64,000 nt of DNA from Octopus sinensis (Eukaryota), in assembly GCF_006345805.1 (NCBI RefSeq), contig NC_043000.1, forward strand, positions 110,670,001-110,734,000. The letters run 5' to 3'. Each line of letters opens with the position of its first letter. The stretch's first letter is position 1. The translations under genes and the position numbers were made by a program. The notes below the pieces were generated by a model that was not told the DNA's origin, did no database searches, and saw only the letters and a list, made by a program, of their open reading frames with translations. Positions 11,445 through 24,345 of the stretch are shown here, one piece after another.

Positions 11445-12989
11445 GGGGGCAATTATAGGGTGAATTTTAGAGCTTATAAGCCCAACATTTTTGTATCCTT
11501 CCTTAATACCGGTTCTCATATTCTACTCATATCTGCACTTAGTCTGCCCAGGAGGTTATTGTGCCCTAGCATTTATGTGCTGCCTCCTTTAGTTTTCGTA
11601 TTCTCCAGTTGTGTTTTCTGTCTATTATTTTAATCTAATAGTTAACTGGTTAACGAGTTAGCCAATTGACGAATAGGAAAGAAGTGAAATAGAACCAGTG
11701 CGTGCGTTTATTATTCGTATAATGACCCTCTCGTGATACAACAAATTATTGACAACTCTTGTACTTAAAGGGTTAAAGAACCAAACAAACCAGAAAACAA
11801 TTTATATGAAGGACGAATAAAAAATGCAGTGAAACCACGTGATAAAATCCTTCTACGTGATTTCAAAACTGTGAACACATTCTCTTGAGTGAGTGAGAGA
11901 CTGGCACAATACAAATGGTTAAACCGAGAGAACAATCGATCTTAGCATGTCACACTTTCCTTATCCTAATTGAAACGTCATGGCAAACCATTTTTTAAAA
12001 CGTATTTTTATATATTTCTATTAAATGCAACGATGTAAAAAACTTTCTTTATAACAACAGTGACGTTACGAATTAATGGAGGAAAAATAGTTTTAAGATT
12101 TATCTGAATAAAAGAAAACAAATTGAAGTTAAGATGAAGAAACTCCATAAATATATTGTTTGGAGATTGGTTTCTGTGGACTTGTTGCTGGGATGAGGCG
12201 GTTGTCCTTTGGATTGATTCTATAAAATACCTGAACTCAATCAATATCTCGTTATCCTTCACTGTACGACATTTTATTAAGGTGATTCATTGACACAAGT
12301 CTGTCACCTTTGTCGTTATTAAAGTCAGCTGAATTAGCTTACATTGAACGGGCAGCAATAAATTAAAGATGCTCTGTGTCAGTGGAAAGGTATTTTAATA
12401 GAAAGAGTGAAAAGTATAGAAAACATATTATATTAAAGAAATACTATTGAAATGAAAGCTGTAGAATAATAATAGGTTGGGTTCGAATTAAAAACGGAGA
12501 AAATATAACGAAAAGAAATAAGAAAAAGTATTAACAAATAACGACTATTTATTCAGTATTCAAACTCAGAAACCACTTATACAAGACAACCTTATTGCGA
12601 AGACAGAACAAGGAATCTATGTACATACAGAAACTGTTAATCTGAACACAGTTTGGCCAGGACGATACCAGCAGTTAATAACGATGTGGAATAGAACGGC
12701 TTCATATAATATGAGCACGACAAAAAGGAAATAAAATATGGAGAAGGATAACAGGAGAGTTATACAAATAGTCGTTTGTCTACGGCATTGTCTATTTATC
12801 TGTCTATCCATTCATCTATCTAGACATTAATAGATTCTTTTACTTGTTTCTGTGACTGGATTTCGGCCATGCTGGGGCAGTCCAATGAAGGGTTTTGTTT
12901 ATGAAAACGAGCTCAGTGTTAATTTTAAGCGTCTGCTCTTTGTCGAAGTCAGTTATTACCAAAAGGCGGGAGACAAACACAAACAAGAA

Positions 12990-13031
<42 letters not shown>

Positions 13032-13615
13032 ACACACACACACACACACACACGCACACACACACACACGCACCACACACACACACACACACACACACCA
13101 CACACACACATACACAAACGCTCACGCACACACATACGCGCACATGTGCACGCGCATTTACATATGGAAGCAGACATGCCTCTGTCATTAAAAAGTTCGT
13201 TTTGCAAGCTCGTGGTTTCGGGTTCAGACCCACGTTGCAACAACTTGGCCAAGTGTCTTCTACTGCAGTTGTGAACCGACCAATGCCTTGTGGGTGAATT
13301 TGGTAGACGGAGTCTGTGCGGAAGCCTGTCGTATAAGTGTGTGTGTATGAGTGCATATCATTGTTTTTGTGTTTGTCCTTACTCCCTCTTCACAACTGTT
13401 GTTGGGTTGTTTACGTACCGCGACTTAGTGCTTCGGCAAAAGAGCAACCGATATAAAAAGTACCAAATTAAAAAAATATGATTTATTATTGGTTGCAGAC
13501 AGTTTTTCGAAATCAGTGACGGAACCACCCTTAGTGGTTAGCCATATTGAGATGGCTAGTATACTTTACGTTGTCGAGGAGTTACTGTTTACATCTTGTT
13601 CAGAGATTTATTATT

Positions 13616-14060
<445 letters not shown>

Positions 14061-14880
14061 CAGACAATTTAGAATGAGGGAGAGAGGAAGAGATAGATAA
14101 ATATATATACACGAAGAAACAGATTGTTGGAGATACAGAAATACACAACCGTTATATTTTCTTTTCTTTTTTTCATTTGTTTGCAAGGAATTAGTAAACA
14201 ATAAAATCAAGCCTTATGGGGAAGCAGAGACGAAGCGAAAAGGTATTTATTATATTTGCAGTGGAACGACCGAGACAGGGAAGTTATAAAATGGTTTTGA
14301 AAGTAATGACTGAGATGAAGAAGTGATGATTCGTTGAGGTCAAGAGTAAAGGTGCCGAGTGGAAGAAGAAAAGGTACGAGGTGAAAATAAAGAAAAAGAT
14401 CTGATATAAAAGTCAAAAGGGGAAATTTTTCAATGAAATATTTAGCTTAAAAATAGATGTTTTTCTTTATCTGTTGAATTAATCTTCATTGACGATTGTT
14501 TTACGGCCAGGCAGACGTTTTGTGGTTAGAAATTAACTTTAGACTCTGGCATCATAAAATAAGAAGGAGGGGGAGTAGGGAGAGAGGAAGATAGGGAAGG
14601 AGAAGAAGAGAAGAGAGGGGGGAATGAAATAAAGAAGAAATAAAAGTATGTGGTAGAGTGGGGAAGAAAAAGGAGAAAGGGGAAGAAGAACAATGCCGAA
14701 AGAAATTAATACAAAGAAATAAAAGGAAGAAAAAAGTAGGATGAAGAAGGATAAAGGAACAGGAAAAAAGAAGACTAACACCAACGACAACAAAGAGCTA
14801 ACGAAGGATCTGCTATGTGGTCATCTGACTTACTAGAAATACCAACCAAATCTTCTTCAAATCATAAGCTATTGTCTATA

Positions 14881-15300
14881 GGCGTAGGAGTGGCTGTGTG
14901 GTAAGAAGTTTCCTTACCAACCACATGGTTCCGGGTTCAGTCCCACTGCGTGGCACCTTGGGCAAGTGTCTTCTACTATAGCCTCGGGCCGACCAAAGCC
15001 TTGTGAGTGGATTTGGTAGACGACAACTGAAAGAAGCCCGTCGTATATATGTATATATATGTGTGTATGTGTGTGTATATGTTTGTGTGTCTGTGTTTGT
15101 CTCCCCCCAGCATCGCTTGACAACCGATGCTGGTGTGTTTACGTCCCCGTAACCAAGCAGTTCGGCAAAAGAGACCGATAGAATAAGTAACTAGGCTTAC
15201 AAAGAATAAGTCCTGGGGTCGAGTTCCTCGACTAAAGGTGGTGCTCCAGCATGGCCGCAGTCAAATGACTGAAACAAGTAAAAGAGTAAAAGAGAAAGAG
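14881..15300 (+). mobile_element. SINE family B copy (full length)
   Basis: Near-identical organisation to 7408-7827 and 51837-52320. Confidence 0.85.
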
Positions 15301-15849
15301 AGCAGAAGATACCCAAAGTGCCGCGTAGTGGGACTGAATCCAAAACTGAGGGGTTGCAAAACGAACTTTTTAACTACGCAGCCATGCCTGCGTCTAATAA
15401 AGAACAGCAGTTTGATTGTTGTTGTTGTGTTAACTGAACCGAAATTTCGCATTAACAAACGATGTCAGAAAGGGAAAAGGTTCTTGGAAGAAATTAGTAA
15501 TGAGTGGACATAATTAATGAAGGGTCTGCCCTGAGCATTCACCTGTAATTGGAGAAAAAGAAATGAGAAAAGACACCTGTCTCAGAAGTCAGGGCAGCCA
15601 TGGTTTTATGGGGTTTTTCCATGAGCAACTCCCGAACGTCTCCTCCCAATTGACGATTAGACATGGGTGATTTTTTTTGTTTTTGGATTCTGTTAATCTT
15701 GCTTACACGCAAAACACAACACACACTCACACACATTCTTTGTTTTGTATTCATCTGTCCATAATGTTCTTCTTAATGTAAACCCTTTGTAGTCAATGAA
15801 GAAATCATCATCATCATCATCATCATCATCAACATCATCATTATTATTA

Positions 15850-16458
15850 TTCTATGTTTGATTTTTACTTTATATTTGCACAAGCTGGCTCCAAGTCTCA
15901 CCCAGTGACCTCACGAGACAACAAGTTGGAAGTTCATGTTGGTGTTATGTCTAGGGTGCCATATATTTGGTTTTGTACTTAGTGTTGTACTAGTGAATGT
16001 TTAAGTAACCATAAGAAAATTATGTTTGTTTTAAAACTTGAGATTACATAGAAAGTATTTTGCGTAGGATATGAGCAGTTCCCATGAGCACTATCTTTTG
16101 AATTTCTGCCATTTTGGGTTTCTTGGTATCTGAGTTAGGTAGCAATCAGCCCCTTTTGCTATCATTCCCGGGGCACCTATGACAACAGGTATTGTTTTAG
16201 TCCTCAGGTTCCAGATTTTACTGGTTTCTATTTCAAGATCTTTATATTTGCCCAGTTTTTGGTAGGTCTTGACAGATACGTTTATATTGATTGGGATAGT
16301 CATATCAATGAGGAGGCATGATTTTTTCTGAAGTCCTTCAATATATTATCTGGCCTATTCGCATCTATCTTTCTGTCAATTTGAGTGGTGAAGTTCCAGA
16401 GGAGTGAGATGTGATCATTTTCAAACACTGGAGGTGGCTTGTATTCCCACCAAGTTTT
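15850..16458 (-). mobile_element. R4/Dong-like non-LTR retrotransposon 3' fragment (restriction-like endonuclease)
   Basis: WWEYKPPPVFENDHISLLWNF..QIDRKIDANRPD...DMTIP...KLGKYKDL...IPVVIGAPG...GTAHILRK. Frameshifted and flanked by (TAA)n on both sides. Confidence 0.85.
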
Positions 16459-16472
16459 TATTATTATTATTA

Positions 16473-16564
<92 letters not shown>

Positions 16565-16573
16565 CCATCATCA

Positions 16574-16636
<63 letters not shown>

Positions 16637-16683
16637 CTTCGTAACACAGTGTAAGTAAAGATGCAGCAGAAACCACCTGATGA

Positions 16684-16736
16684 AACCACCTGAAGAATGT
16701 CTCAAGATGTGCTGACACGAAACGATCGTAGTGGTT
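16684..16736 (+). ncRNA. Minimal type I hammerhead ribozyme
   Basis: aaccac CTGAAGA atgtc tcaagatgtgct gacac GAAAC gatc GTA gtggtt. 6-bp stem I; A-C mismatch at the base of stem II. Confidence 0.85.
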
Positions 16737-16925
16737 ATTTATAATTGTTAAATTTAATTTATATAAATTATTTTATGTATTGGCTTAAGTCTTTCTTTGT
16801 TTGATTTGCATAATAGTGGTTTTGTCTCTAATTTAATATAATATAATATTTTACTATAAAATTGGATTCAATCCTAAATCTGATTTTCCCTGTAAATTTG
16901 GATTTATTCCCTAATATTTATATAT

Positions 16926-16976
<51 letters not shown>

Positions 16977-17269
16977 TAGATACACACACACGCACGCACA
17001 CATACAAAGATAAATTGATAGATACAACTGAGTGGGCAAACAAAAATATGAGACACAGCCTAGTGCTTTTTTATGTTGATAAGCCTAGTACTTATTCTAT
17101 TAGTTTGTTCTTGTGAAACCAGTAAGTTATGTGAATGTAAATAAATGAACAGCAGTTGTGAAGCAGTGATGAGGGCGAAACAGAGACAAAGACACACACA
17201 TACACTTACATATATACATACATATATATACGATTGATTTGTTACAGTTCCTGTCTACGAAATCCATAT

Positions 17270-18370
17270 ATATTATTGTTGGCATCCTTTTTGTCTCGGG
17301 AGACAATGGAGTTGCGCATAAAATAATCTAGTCCGGCTTTTACATTTCATGTCCTAATACATCTCCTGCTGTGGCCGTGTAGTCCTATCCTGGACAAACA
17401 CTCACTTTGGCAGTTGCCGCAAATATAGCGAAGACTTTGCCTGGCTGGTTCTAATGTCATAGTTTCTTGTTGACGTCTTTTCTTGTCTTTCCATTTCTCC
17501 TTTCTCTCTATGTTACTCCTTTGTGTTCCCTCTTTTACGGTACGTCGCCAATCTCCACGGTTGCTGGCAACTGCTTCCCAGTTGGTAATATTGATGTTGC
17601 AGGCATTCATGTCCCTTTTGCAAACATCCTTGTATCGTAAGAACAGTCTTCCCACAGACTTAGTGCCCCTAGCAAGCTCTCCGTTGAGTATGTCCTTGGG
17701 GATTCTGCCATCTTCCATACGGCTAACATGTCCAAGCCATCTCATACGTCTTTGTGTGAGGAGTGCAAACATGCTTGGTATTCCTGCTTGCTTGAGGACA
17801 TCTTTGTTGGGGACATGATTCTGCCATTTGATGCGAAGGATTTTCCGGAGGCAGCGCAGGTGAAAGATATTTAGGCGACGTATGGCGTCGTATGGCGTGT
17901 GTATGGCGTCCAAGTCTCACTTCCATACAGTAGAGTGCTAAGTACACATGCCTGGTAAATCTTCATTTTTGTGGTCTTCGTCAGCTTATTGTTGTCCCAT
18001 GCGCGTTTGGTGAGTTGGGCCATCACAGCAGCTGCCTTGCCAATGCGTATATTGAGCTCAGCATCAAGGGATAGGTTGTAGGTGACGGTAGAGCCAAGAT
18101 AGGTAAACTTCTCCACCTCCTGTACTCTGTTTGGGATGTCCGATGTAGCCTGGCCCATGATGTTGGTCTTCTTGAGGCTGATAACTAAGCCAAAGTTACC
18201 AAATGCTTTCTCAAAACAGTTGATGAGCCTTCGTAGGGCTTCTTCTGTGTGTGATAACCAGATTTTTTGGAGCAGGATGAAGAGGCCTTTTCTACTTACC
18301 AAGTCAAAGGCCTTTGTCCAATCAATGAAGGCCAGATATAATGGCATTTTCTGCTCTCTGAACTTCTCCT
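17270..18370 (-). mobile_element. RTE-clade LINE, 5'-truncated, internally deleted and frameshifted
   Basis: ORFs 17871-18347 and 17347-17913: AFIDWTKAFD, FTYLGS, STLLYGSETW, RWLGHVSRM, terminal CxxC..H...C knuckle. 3' end tctcccgagacaaaaaggatgccaacaataata. The segment containing YADD is absent. Confidence 0.9.
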
Positions 18371-18915
18371 GTCCGGAAAGTTCGTTCCGATTTTTAAAGG
18401 AAAGTAAAGGTCACTAAATACTTTCCATTACATTTTTAATGAACCAAATCTGAACCATTTCGTTGCACAATACGTCTCCATCTTTCCTTTACCTTGAAAA
18501 TACCCTCTTCCCAGAATTGGGGTGGTTTCAAGGCAAATAATTCATCAAGGTATCTTTTTACGTCATCTAAGGAATTGAAATTTTCACCTTAAGACTATTC
18601 TGCAGAGACCTAAATAAGTGGAAATCCAAAGGAGCAATATCTGGTGAATATGGAAGGTGGGGGTAACACATCCCAGCCGAGCTGCAGCAATTTTTGTCTG
18701 GTTCCCAAAGCATCAAATACCGAAAATGAACTTTCTCATCTTTTAATTTAAAGGGTTACAGAATTAACACAGGTTATAGCAACATAAATCTTCTTCCACG
18801 AAAAGATAGCTTAAACTGTGCTCTAAATAGAGGTGTAGTCAAATCCTATTTTATGGACTCAAACATGTTCTAAAATAAGTCGAAAGATAAGCCACTATAA
18901 ATGGGCATGAACTGA
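18370..18915 (-). mobile_element. Internally deleted mariner remnant
   Basis: Minus strand encodes GWDVL..LPYSPDIAPLDFHLFRSLQN (YSPDLAP-type motif); TIR-like end at about 18370. Confidence 0.75.
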
Positions 18916-19066
18916 ATTTTCTTGTCTGAATGTTTTAAGACAAATATCTGAAATTTTTATCGTATACCACATTTTATTAATACTTAGCTCATATACGGAG
19001 ACAAAAATGTTGTACTATATACTGCAGGTTATCTCCATTAAAATCCCCGTGTTATATACATTATAT

Positions 19067-19707
19067 GGATCTTTTCCTTTTGAACGGCAGACAATTTCTA
19101 GTTAACTTTAAAAACACTTTAAAACTTCGTATGCTGGTAGAATGTGTCAAAATAAAACATTTTTTTCTCTTGGCTTTCTTGAGAAAATTGTAATTTGTTT
19201 GTTTAACGTAGTTTAATTTTTCGAATTTTAACCAATCCTATGCTCTCTTTTGAGCTAAAATCCTTTGCTGCGTCTAAAACTGAGACAACATCCTGTAACT
19301 AACCCTAAACCTCCCCCTAACTCTAACCCTAAATTTTTTTTCTTAGTTGTTAAATTAATTTAATTGTTACGCGTGTAAAAAAACTAACGCAATGGAATTA
19401 AATTAATTTAACAATTAAGAAAATAAAATTTAGGGTTAGGGTTAGGGGGAGGTTTAGGCTTAGTTACAGGATGTTGTCTCAGTTTTAGACGCAGCAAATG
19501 ATTTTAGTTGAATGGAGGTAATCGATTGGTTAAAATTGCCGTAATGCTCGGATTTTCAGACGAAATATCTTACAAACTATAGAATTTTCTCAATAAAACC
19601 AAGAGAAAATGATGTTTTATAAACTCATTCTACCAGTATACGAAGTTTAAATGTGTTTAGTTAACTAGAAATTGTGTTGACATCTGCCGTTCAAAAGGAA
19701 AAGATCC
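19067..19707. mobile_element. Palindromic (foldback) MITE with arms of about 300 bp containing TAACCC-like repeats
   Basis: ggatcttttcc.ttgaacggcag ... ctgccgttcaaaaggaaaagatcc termini. Internal gagacaacatcctgtaactaa/ttagttacaggatgttgtctc mirror. AT on both flanks. Confidence 0.85.
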
Positions 19708-19711
19708 CATT

Positions 19712-19814
<103 letters not shown>

Positions 19815-19973
19815 TGAGAAGTTGGTGTGTGAAACACGTGGTTGAATATATAGAAAATAGTAAAAAGTGAAAAAACTACAGAAGGCTTGTTTTAAAAGGT
19901 TAAAAAATATATATTTGATTCATTATGTCTGAAGAATGTTATAAATTTTTTTCATACAATGACATAGTTTTTG

Positions 19974-20013
19974 AAGAAATGACCGGTTTCGCGTTCAGCT
20001 TTTCAAATTTCTT
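19974..20013 (-). ncRNA. Minimal type I hammerhead, U3-A8 variant (in Penelope pLTR)
   Basis: aagaaat TTGAAAA gc tgaac gc GAAAC cg GTC atttctt on the element's sense strand; overlaps the ORF stop codon. Confidence 0.75.
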
Positions 20014-20983
20014 ACATCGTTATGTTTACGTTGAGAAGTGTGAAGAAGAATTCCAAATAAGGGGAGGTAATAAGTGATTTCTTCCGGTGTAAGGGAGATA
20101 ATCGCTTGATATTTCTTGCCTTTTTTGGGAGTGAGTTTCTCTGTATAAGAATGTTGGAATGGTTAAGTTTGGGCTTGTATTTTTCAATGAAGAATGTTTC
20201 CTTGTTTAGTCTAATTTGTGTTGGTGTTCCGGTAACACATTGGTAAAATGGAAAGATTAAAAATTGTGGTAGTAGTTGCTTTGCGCATTTCTCAATGTGC
20301 TCACTAAAGGGTATCATTCTGTATTCTGGGAATGCAATCTGTTGCCGATGCAGTGTGCATCTATGTCTGAGTGATAGTCCCGTGGACCCCACGTAGTTTT
20401 GGTGGCAGCCCGAGCATTTTATGACATAAATTATGTTTTCAGAGGCACAAGTAAAATTAGATTTGATCTTGAATTTCTGTCCCTCTTTGAAGAGGAATTC
20501 TGATCCTTCTAGCAGGTTTGGACATGTTGCACAACTCGGTTTACCACATTTTTTTACTTTTGCATCTGTAATTTCAGAAAACAATTTTGCCTTTGTGAGA
20601 ATCTTTTTAAGTGATTTAGGTTGTTTGTAGCTTTTAATGATTTGGTGTGTGTTTAGAATTACCTTTAATTTGGGGTCCTTATGAAGTATTGGTAAATTCT
20701 GGGTGATGATGGTAAAGGCTTCTTTGTTTCTGGGGTTGTATGTGGATATGTAAGGTAGTGTTTTCGGGGAAGGTGTGTTGTTGTGATGAACATTTCTCAA
20801 AGTTTCTATGTTGATTTCTGTTGCACGTCTGATCCCATCCTGTATGAGTTGAGCTGGGTAATGTCTGTCAATTAGGGTGTTTTTGAGTTCTTGCAGTCTA
20901 AAGTTCCTGGTATTTTGTTCTGACACTATTGTGCGTATCCTTCTTGCAAGGTTGAAGGGGATGTTTGTTTTAGTGTGTGGCAT
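20012..20983 (-). CDS. Penelope thumb/linker plus GIY-YIG endonuclease (fragment of a broken ORF)
   Basis: CGKPSCATC zinc-binding linker; NIIYVIKCSGCHQNYVGST..SLRHRCTLH; RLNKETFFI.KY.PKLN. Confidence 0.85.
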   Translation of the reverse strand: MPHTKTNIPFNLARRIRTIVSEQNTRNFRLQELKNTLIDRHYPAQLIQDGIRRATEINIETLRNVHHNNTPSPKTLPYISTYNPRNKEAFTIITQNLPILHKDPKLKVILNTHQIIKSYKQPKSLKKILTKAKLFSEITDAKVKKCGKPSCATCPNLLEGSEFLFKEGQKFKIKSNFTCASENIIYVIKCSGCHQNYVGSTGLSLRHRCTLHRQQIAFPEYRMIPFSEHIEKCAKQLLPQFLIFPFYQCVTGTPTQIRLNKETFFIEKYKPKLNHSNILIQRNSLPKKARNIKRLSPLHRKKSLITSPYLEFFFTLLNVNITM

Positions 20984-21653
20984 GAATCAAAAAGTAGGTA
21001 TTGTTTGGCGTCTGTGGCTTTGTAAAAAATGTTTGTTTCTATTTTAAGGTTAATTTTTTTAATTAGTATATCCAAGAATGGGAGCTCCTTTTGGTTGTAT
21101 TCCATTGTGAACTGTATATTTGGGTTTATGCTGTTCAATAGGTTTTTGAATTTTAGAAGTTTATCTGTGTTTTCATTCCAGAGTATAAAACAATCGTTTC
21201 CAATTCTCTTTTATGTATTGAGAGAGGGGGTTTCCAAAGATTGATAAAGATTCCTGGTAAATGATTATTTCCAGGTAGCCCACGGGACTATCACTCAGAC
21301 GTAGATGCACACTGCATCGACAACAGATTGCATTCCCAGAATACAGAATGATACCCTTTAGTGAGCACATTGAGAAATGCGCAAAGCAACTACTACCACA
21401 ATTTTTAATCTTTCCATTTTACCAATGTGCTATCGGAACACCAACACAAATTAGACTAAACAAGGAAACATTCTTCATTGAAAAATACAAGTCCAAACTT
21501 AACCATTCCAACATTCTTATACAGAGAAACTCACTCCCAAAAAAAAGGCAAGAAATATTAAGCGATTATCTCTCTTACACCGGAAGAAATCACTTATTAC
21601 CTCCACTTATTTGGAAATCTTCTTCACACTTCTCAACGTAAACATAACGATGT

Positions 21654-21693
21654 AAGAAATTTGAAAAGCTGAACGCGAAACCGGTCATTTCTT
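21654..21693 (+). ncRNA. Minimal type I hammerhead, U3-A8 variant (inverted pLTR copy)
   Basis: Same sequence as the 19974-20013 motif, on the opposite strand. Confidence 0.75.
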
Positions 21694-21812
21694 CAAAAAC
21701 TATGTCATTGTATGAAAAAAATTTATAACATTCTTCAGACATAATGACTCAAATATATATTTTTTAACCTTTTAAAACAAGCCTTCTGTAGTTTTTTCAC
21801 TTTTTACTATTT

Positions 21813-21879
<67 letters not shown>

Positions 21880-21891
21880 ATATAATATACA

Positions 21892-22414
21892 CACCGGCGA
21901 AAATAAATTTAAGACCGATGATATTCTGTTACTAGTCCTTTGCCGATCTTTGTATTGACCAGTCTCCGAGTATAAGTTCCACGCATGCACGCAAGCCGGT
22001 TTACTGCAATTTAGTTGCTTGCTGATGTTCGAAAAGGAAACTTTTTGCTGTAATATACGATTTTTGCTCTCGTGACTGGACTAAGGCTACGTTGTTTTCC
22101 CATTATTGATAAATTGAATAATAACATTAAATTATAACTTTGTATGGTGCATTTAGGCTCGTTGTGTGACTACCCATTTTGGCCAACAAAATGCATACAT
22201 ATTTCATGGTCTTAAACTAATTTTTCCGGTAAATTTGAAAGTAAATTAGAATTCTTCAAGTTGCATAAAAATATTTATTGTCTGCATCATTCGAAAGAGA
22301 AATTAATTTTGCATAAGGTGTAAAAGATAAAAATAATTTGTATGGTGTTAGTAACAAAATATTTTGTAAGAAATAGAACTTTTATCGTCTGTCTTAAATA
22401 TATTTTCGCCAATG
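21892..22414. mobile_element. Tc1-type MITE
   Basis: caccggcgaaaataaatttaagac ... gtcttaaatatattttcgccaatg|TA inverted termini. Confidence 0.75.
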
Positions 22415-22421
22415 TATATAT

Positions 22422-23525
22422 CTCGGGTCATCCCATAAGTTCTGTCCGAATTTTGGATAAAGAATACAAGTGATCAAATGTTGTATTTAATTGAAAGTTA
22501 ATCATCAATGTACTTTTCCTGATTATCTATGACTTACTTCAATCTATTTACAAGCTTTTCAATCCCATCAATGTAAAACTCTTTTGGTTTCAAAGCGAAG
22601 AACTCTGAAATGTCAGGTTCGACCTCCTCCTGGCTTGCGAAAGTTGTGTCCCCCTAATAATTCTGTAAACTATGAAACAAATGGTAGTCTGAAGGAGCAA
22701 GGTCGGGAGAATAAGGTGGATGAAGAAATTTTTCCCAATCGACCTCTTCGATCTTCTGTGATGTGATCTTTGCAGTGTGGGGTTGCGCATTGTCCTGATG
22801 AAACATCACTCGTTTTCGACTCACTAAAGCGGCTCTTTTTCCCTTCAAACCTTGGTTCAAACGCTTTAATTGCTGACAGAAGACTTGAGCATTGATTGTT
22901 GCATTAGGTGGTAACAATATAAAGTGAATTACACCTTTGCAATCGCACCAGATAGAGAGAAGAACCTTTTTCCCATGAAGTTCCCTTCTCGGTTTTGGTT
23001 GAGCATTTTCCCTTTTACCAAGCCACTGTTTACGACGTTTAACATTTCGATAGAAAATCCATTTTTCATCACAAGTCTATCGAAAAAGGGTGAAATGAGT
23101 TTGCGAGAATGGGGAGAAGAGCAGATGCCAACTCGGGATTTGCGGTTGCTTTCGGACAATACATAAGGCACCTATTTTCCAAGTTTAGGAATCTTACCAC
23201 GTTGTTGAAGATGACGATGAACTGTTGTATGGTTTGGACTAAGCTTTATTGCCAATTCTTCAACTGATAATGACGGATTTTCTTCAAGTAATGCCTCAAG
23301 GAGCTTATCATCAAACTAAACTGGACGTCCTGTTCGATATTCATCTTCAATTTTGCAAACGATCTCCTGCAAGTTCTTTCATTCGAGCACTTTCCCATAA
23401 ACTGAGTATATGTTTCGAGTCACTTCGGCTGCAGAGTTACCTTTATTGTACTTATAAAGAATTATGCGCCTTAAATGCTCCTTGGATACTTCCATGTTAA
23501 AAGGATTTTAATCAAAGCAATTTTA
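22422..23525 (-). mobile_element. Mariner (DD34D) transposase pseudogene, 5' end cut by the next element
   Basis: (W)VPYVL, FHQDNAQPH and HPPYSPDLAPSDYHLF motifs in several frames; TIR-like cgggtcatcccataagttctgtcc end. Confidence 0.9.
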
Positions 23526-24345
23526 GGGTGTCCACGAAGTCTGGGTTTATGGAATAAAATCATAACATAAACAAATAAATATAAGAAATAATCATTTTCC
23601 TTTTTTACTTTTGTTTAAATTAAATAAAAAAAATACTTTACTTTTCTAAATTTATTTGTTATTTTTTCTACAGATGATCGAATGATGGCTCTGTCTAAAG
23701 AAGAAAGAATCCCAGATCGAATGATGAATCTGTCTAAAGAAGAAAGAATCGAGTTAATATTATTAAGTGGACAAGAGGGATGGTCTTATCCCAAAATTGC
23801 GGAAGAATTTAATCTTCGACACCCTTGTAGGCAACCTATTTATTTTACTGCCGTTAGGAAATTGATCAAGAAATTTAAAGAAACAGGCAGTGTTTTGGAT
23901 AAACCCCGTTCCGAGCGACCAAAGACTTCAGATGAAACTAAAGAGGCTGTCGAGGCTAAAGTTTCTGCTAGCCCAAAGAAATCACTTCGTCGGACATCCA
24001 CGGTGTTAGGTGTTCCAAAACCAACCATCCACAAAATGCTTGTTGAGGAAAAGTTTCATCGATACAACCTACAGATATTGCATCACTTAAATGAAGACGA
24101 TCCTGATAGACGAATGTAGACGTACGAATGGTTTTCAGATAAATTGGATGAAAATATCAATTTTACGAAAAACTTTGTGTTGTTCAGTGACAAAGCTACG
24201 TTTTATGTAAATGGTGAGGTCAACAGACAGAGTCTTCTATACTGGTCTCGAGGTAATCCACATTGGATGGATCTATCCAAACAGCAAGGCAGCAAAAGGT
24301 GATGGTTTGATGTGGTTTTTAGGACCCTTCTTCATTGAACATTTT
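23526..24345 (+). mobile_element. Tc1/mariner-superfamily element, 3'-truncated transposase pseudogene
   Basis: Starts agggtgtccacgaagtc. ORF 23682-24119 HTH region (KFKETGSVLDKPRSERPKT; SPKKSLRR), then past a stop VLFSDKATFYVNGEVNRQ..YW...NPHW. Confidence 0.85.

Noticed and set aside
15460-15600. Strong minus-strand splice acceptor (ttttctccaattacag) and a 9-bp inverted repeat ctgccctga/tcagggcag
   Set aside because: No donor, no recognisable peptide and no precursor-quality hairpin; a host exon cannot be supported without RNA data.
19295-19455. Interstitial telomere / chromosome fusion site
   Set aside because: The short degenerate TAACCC/TTAGGG runs are internal parts of a foldback MITE's arms.
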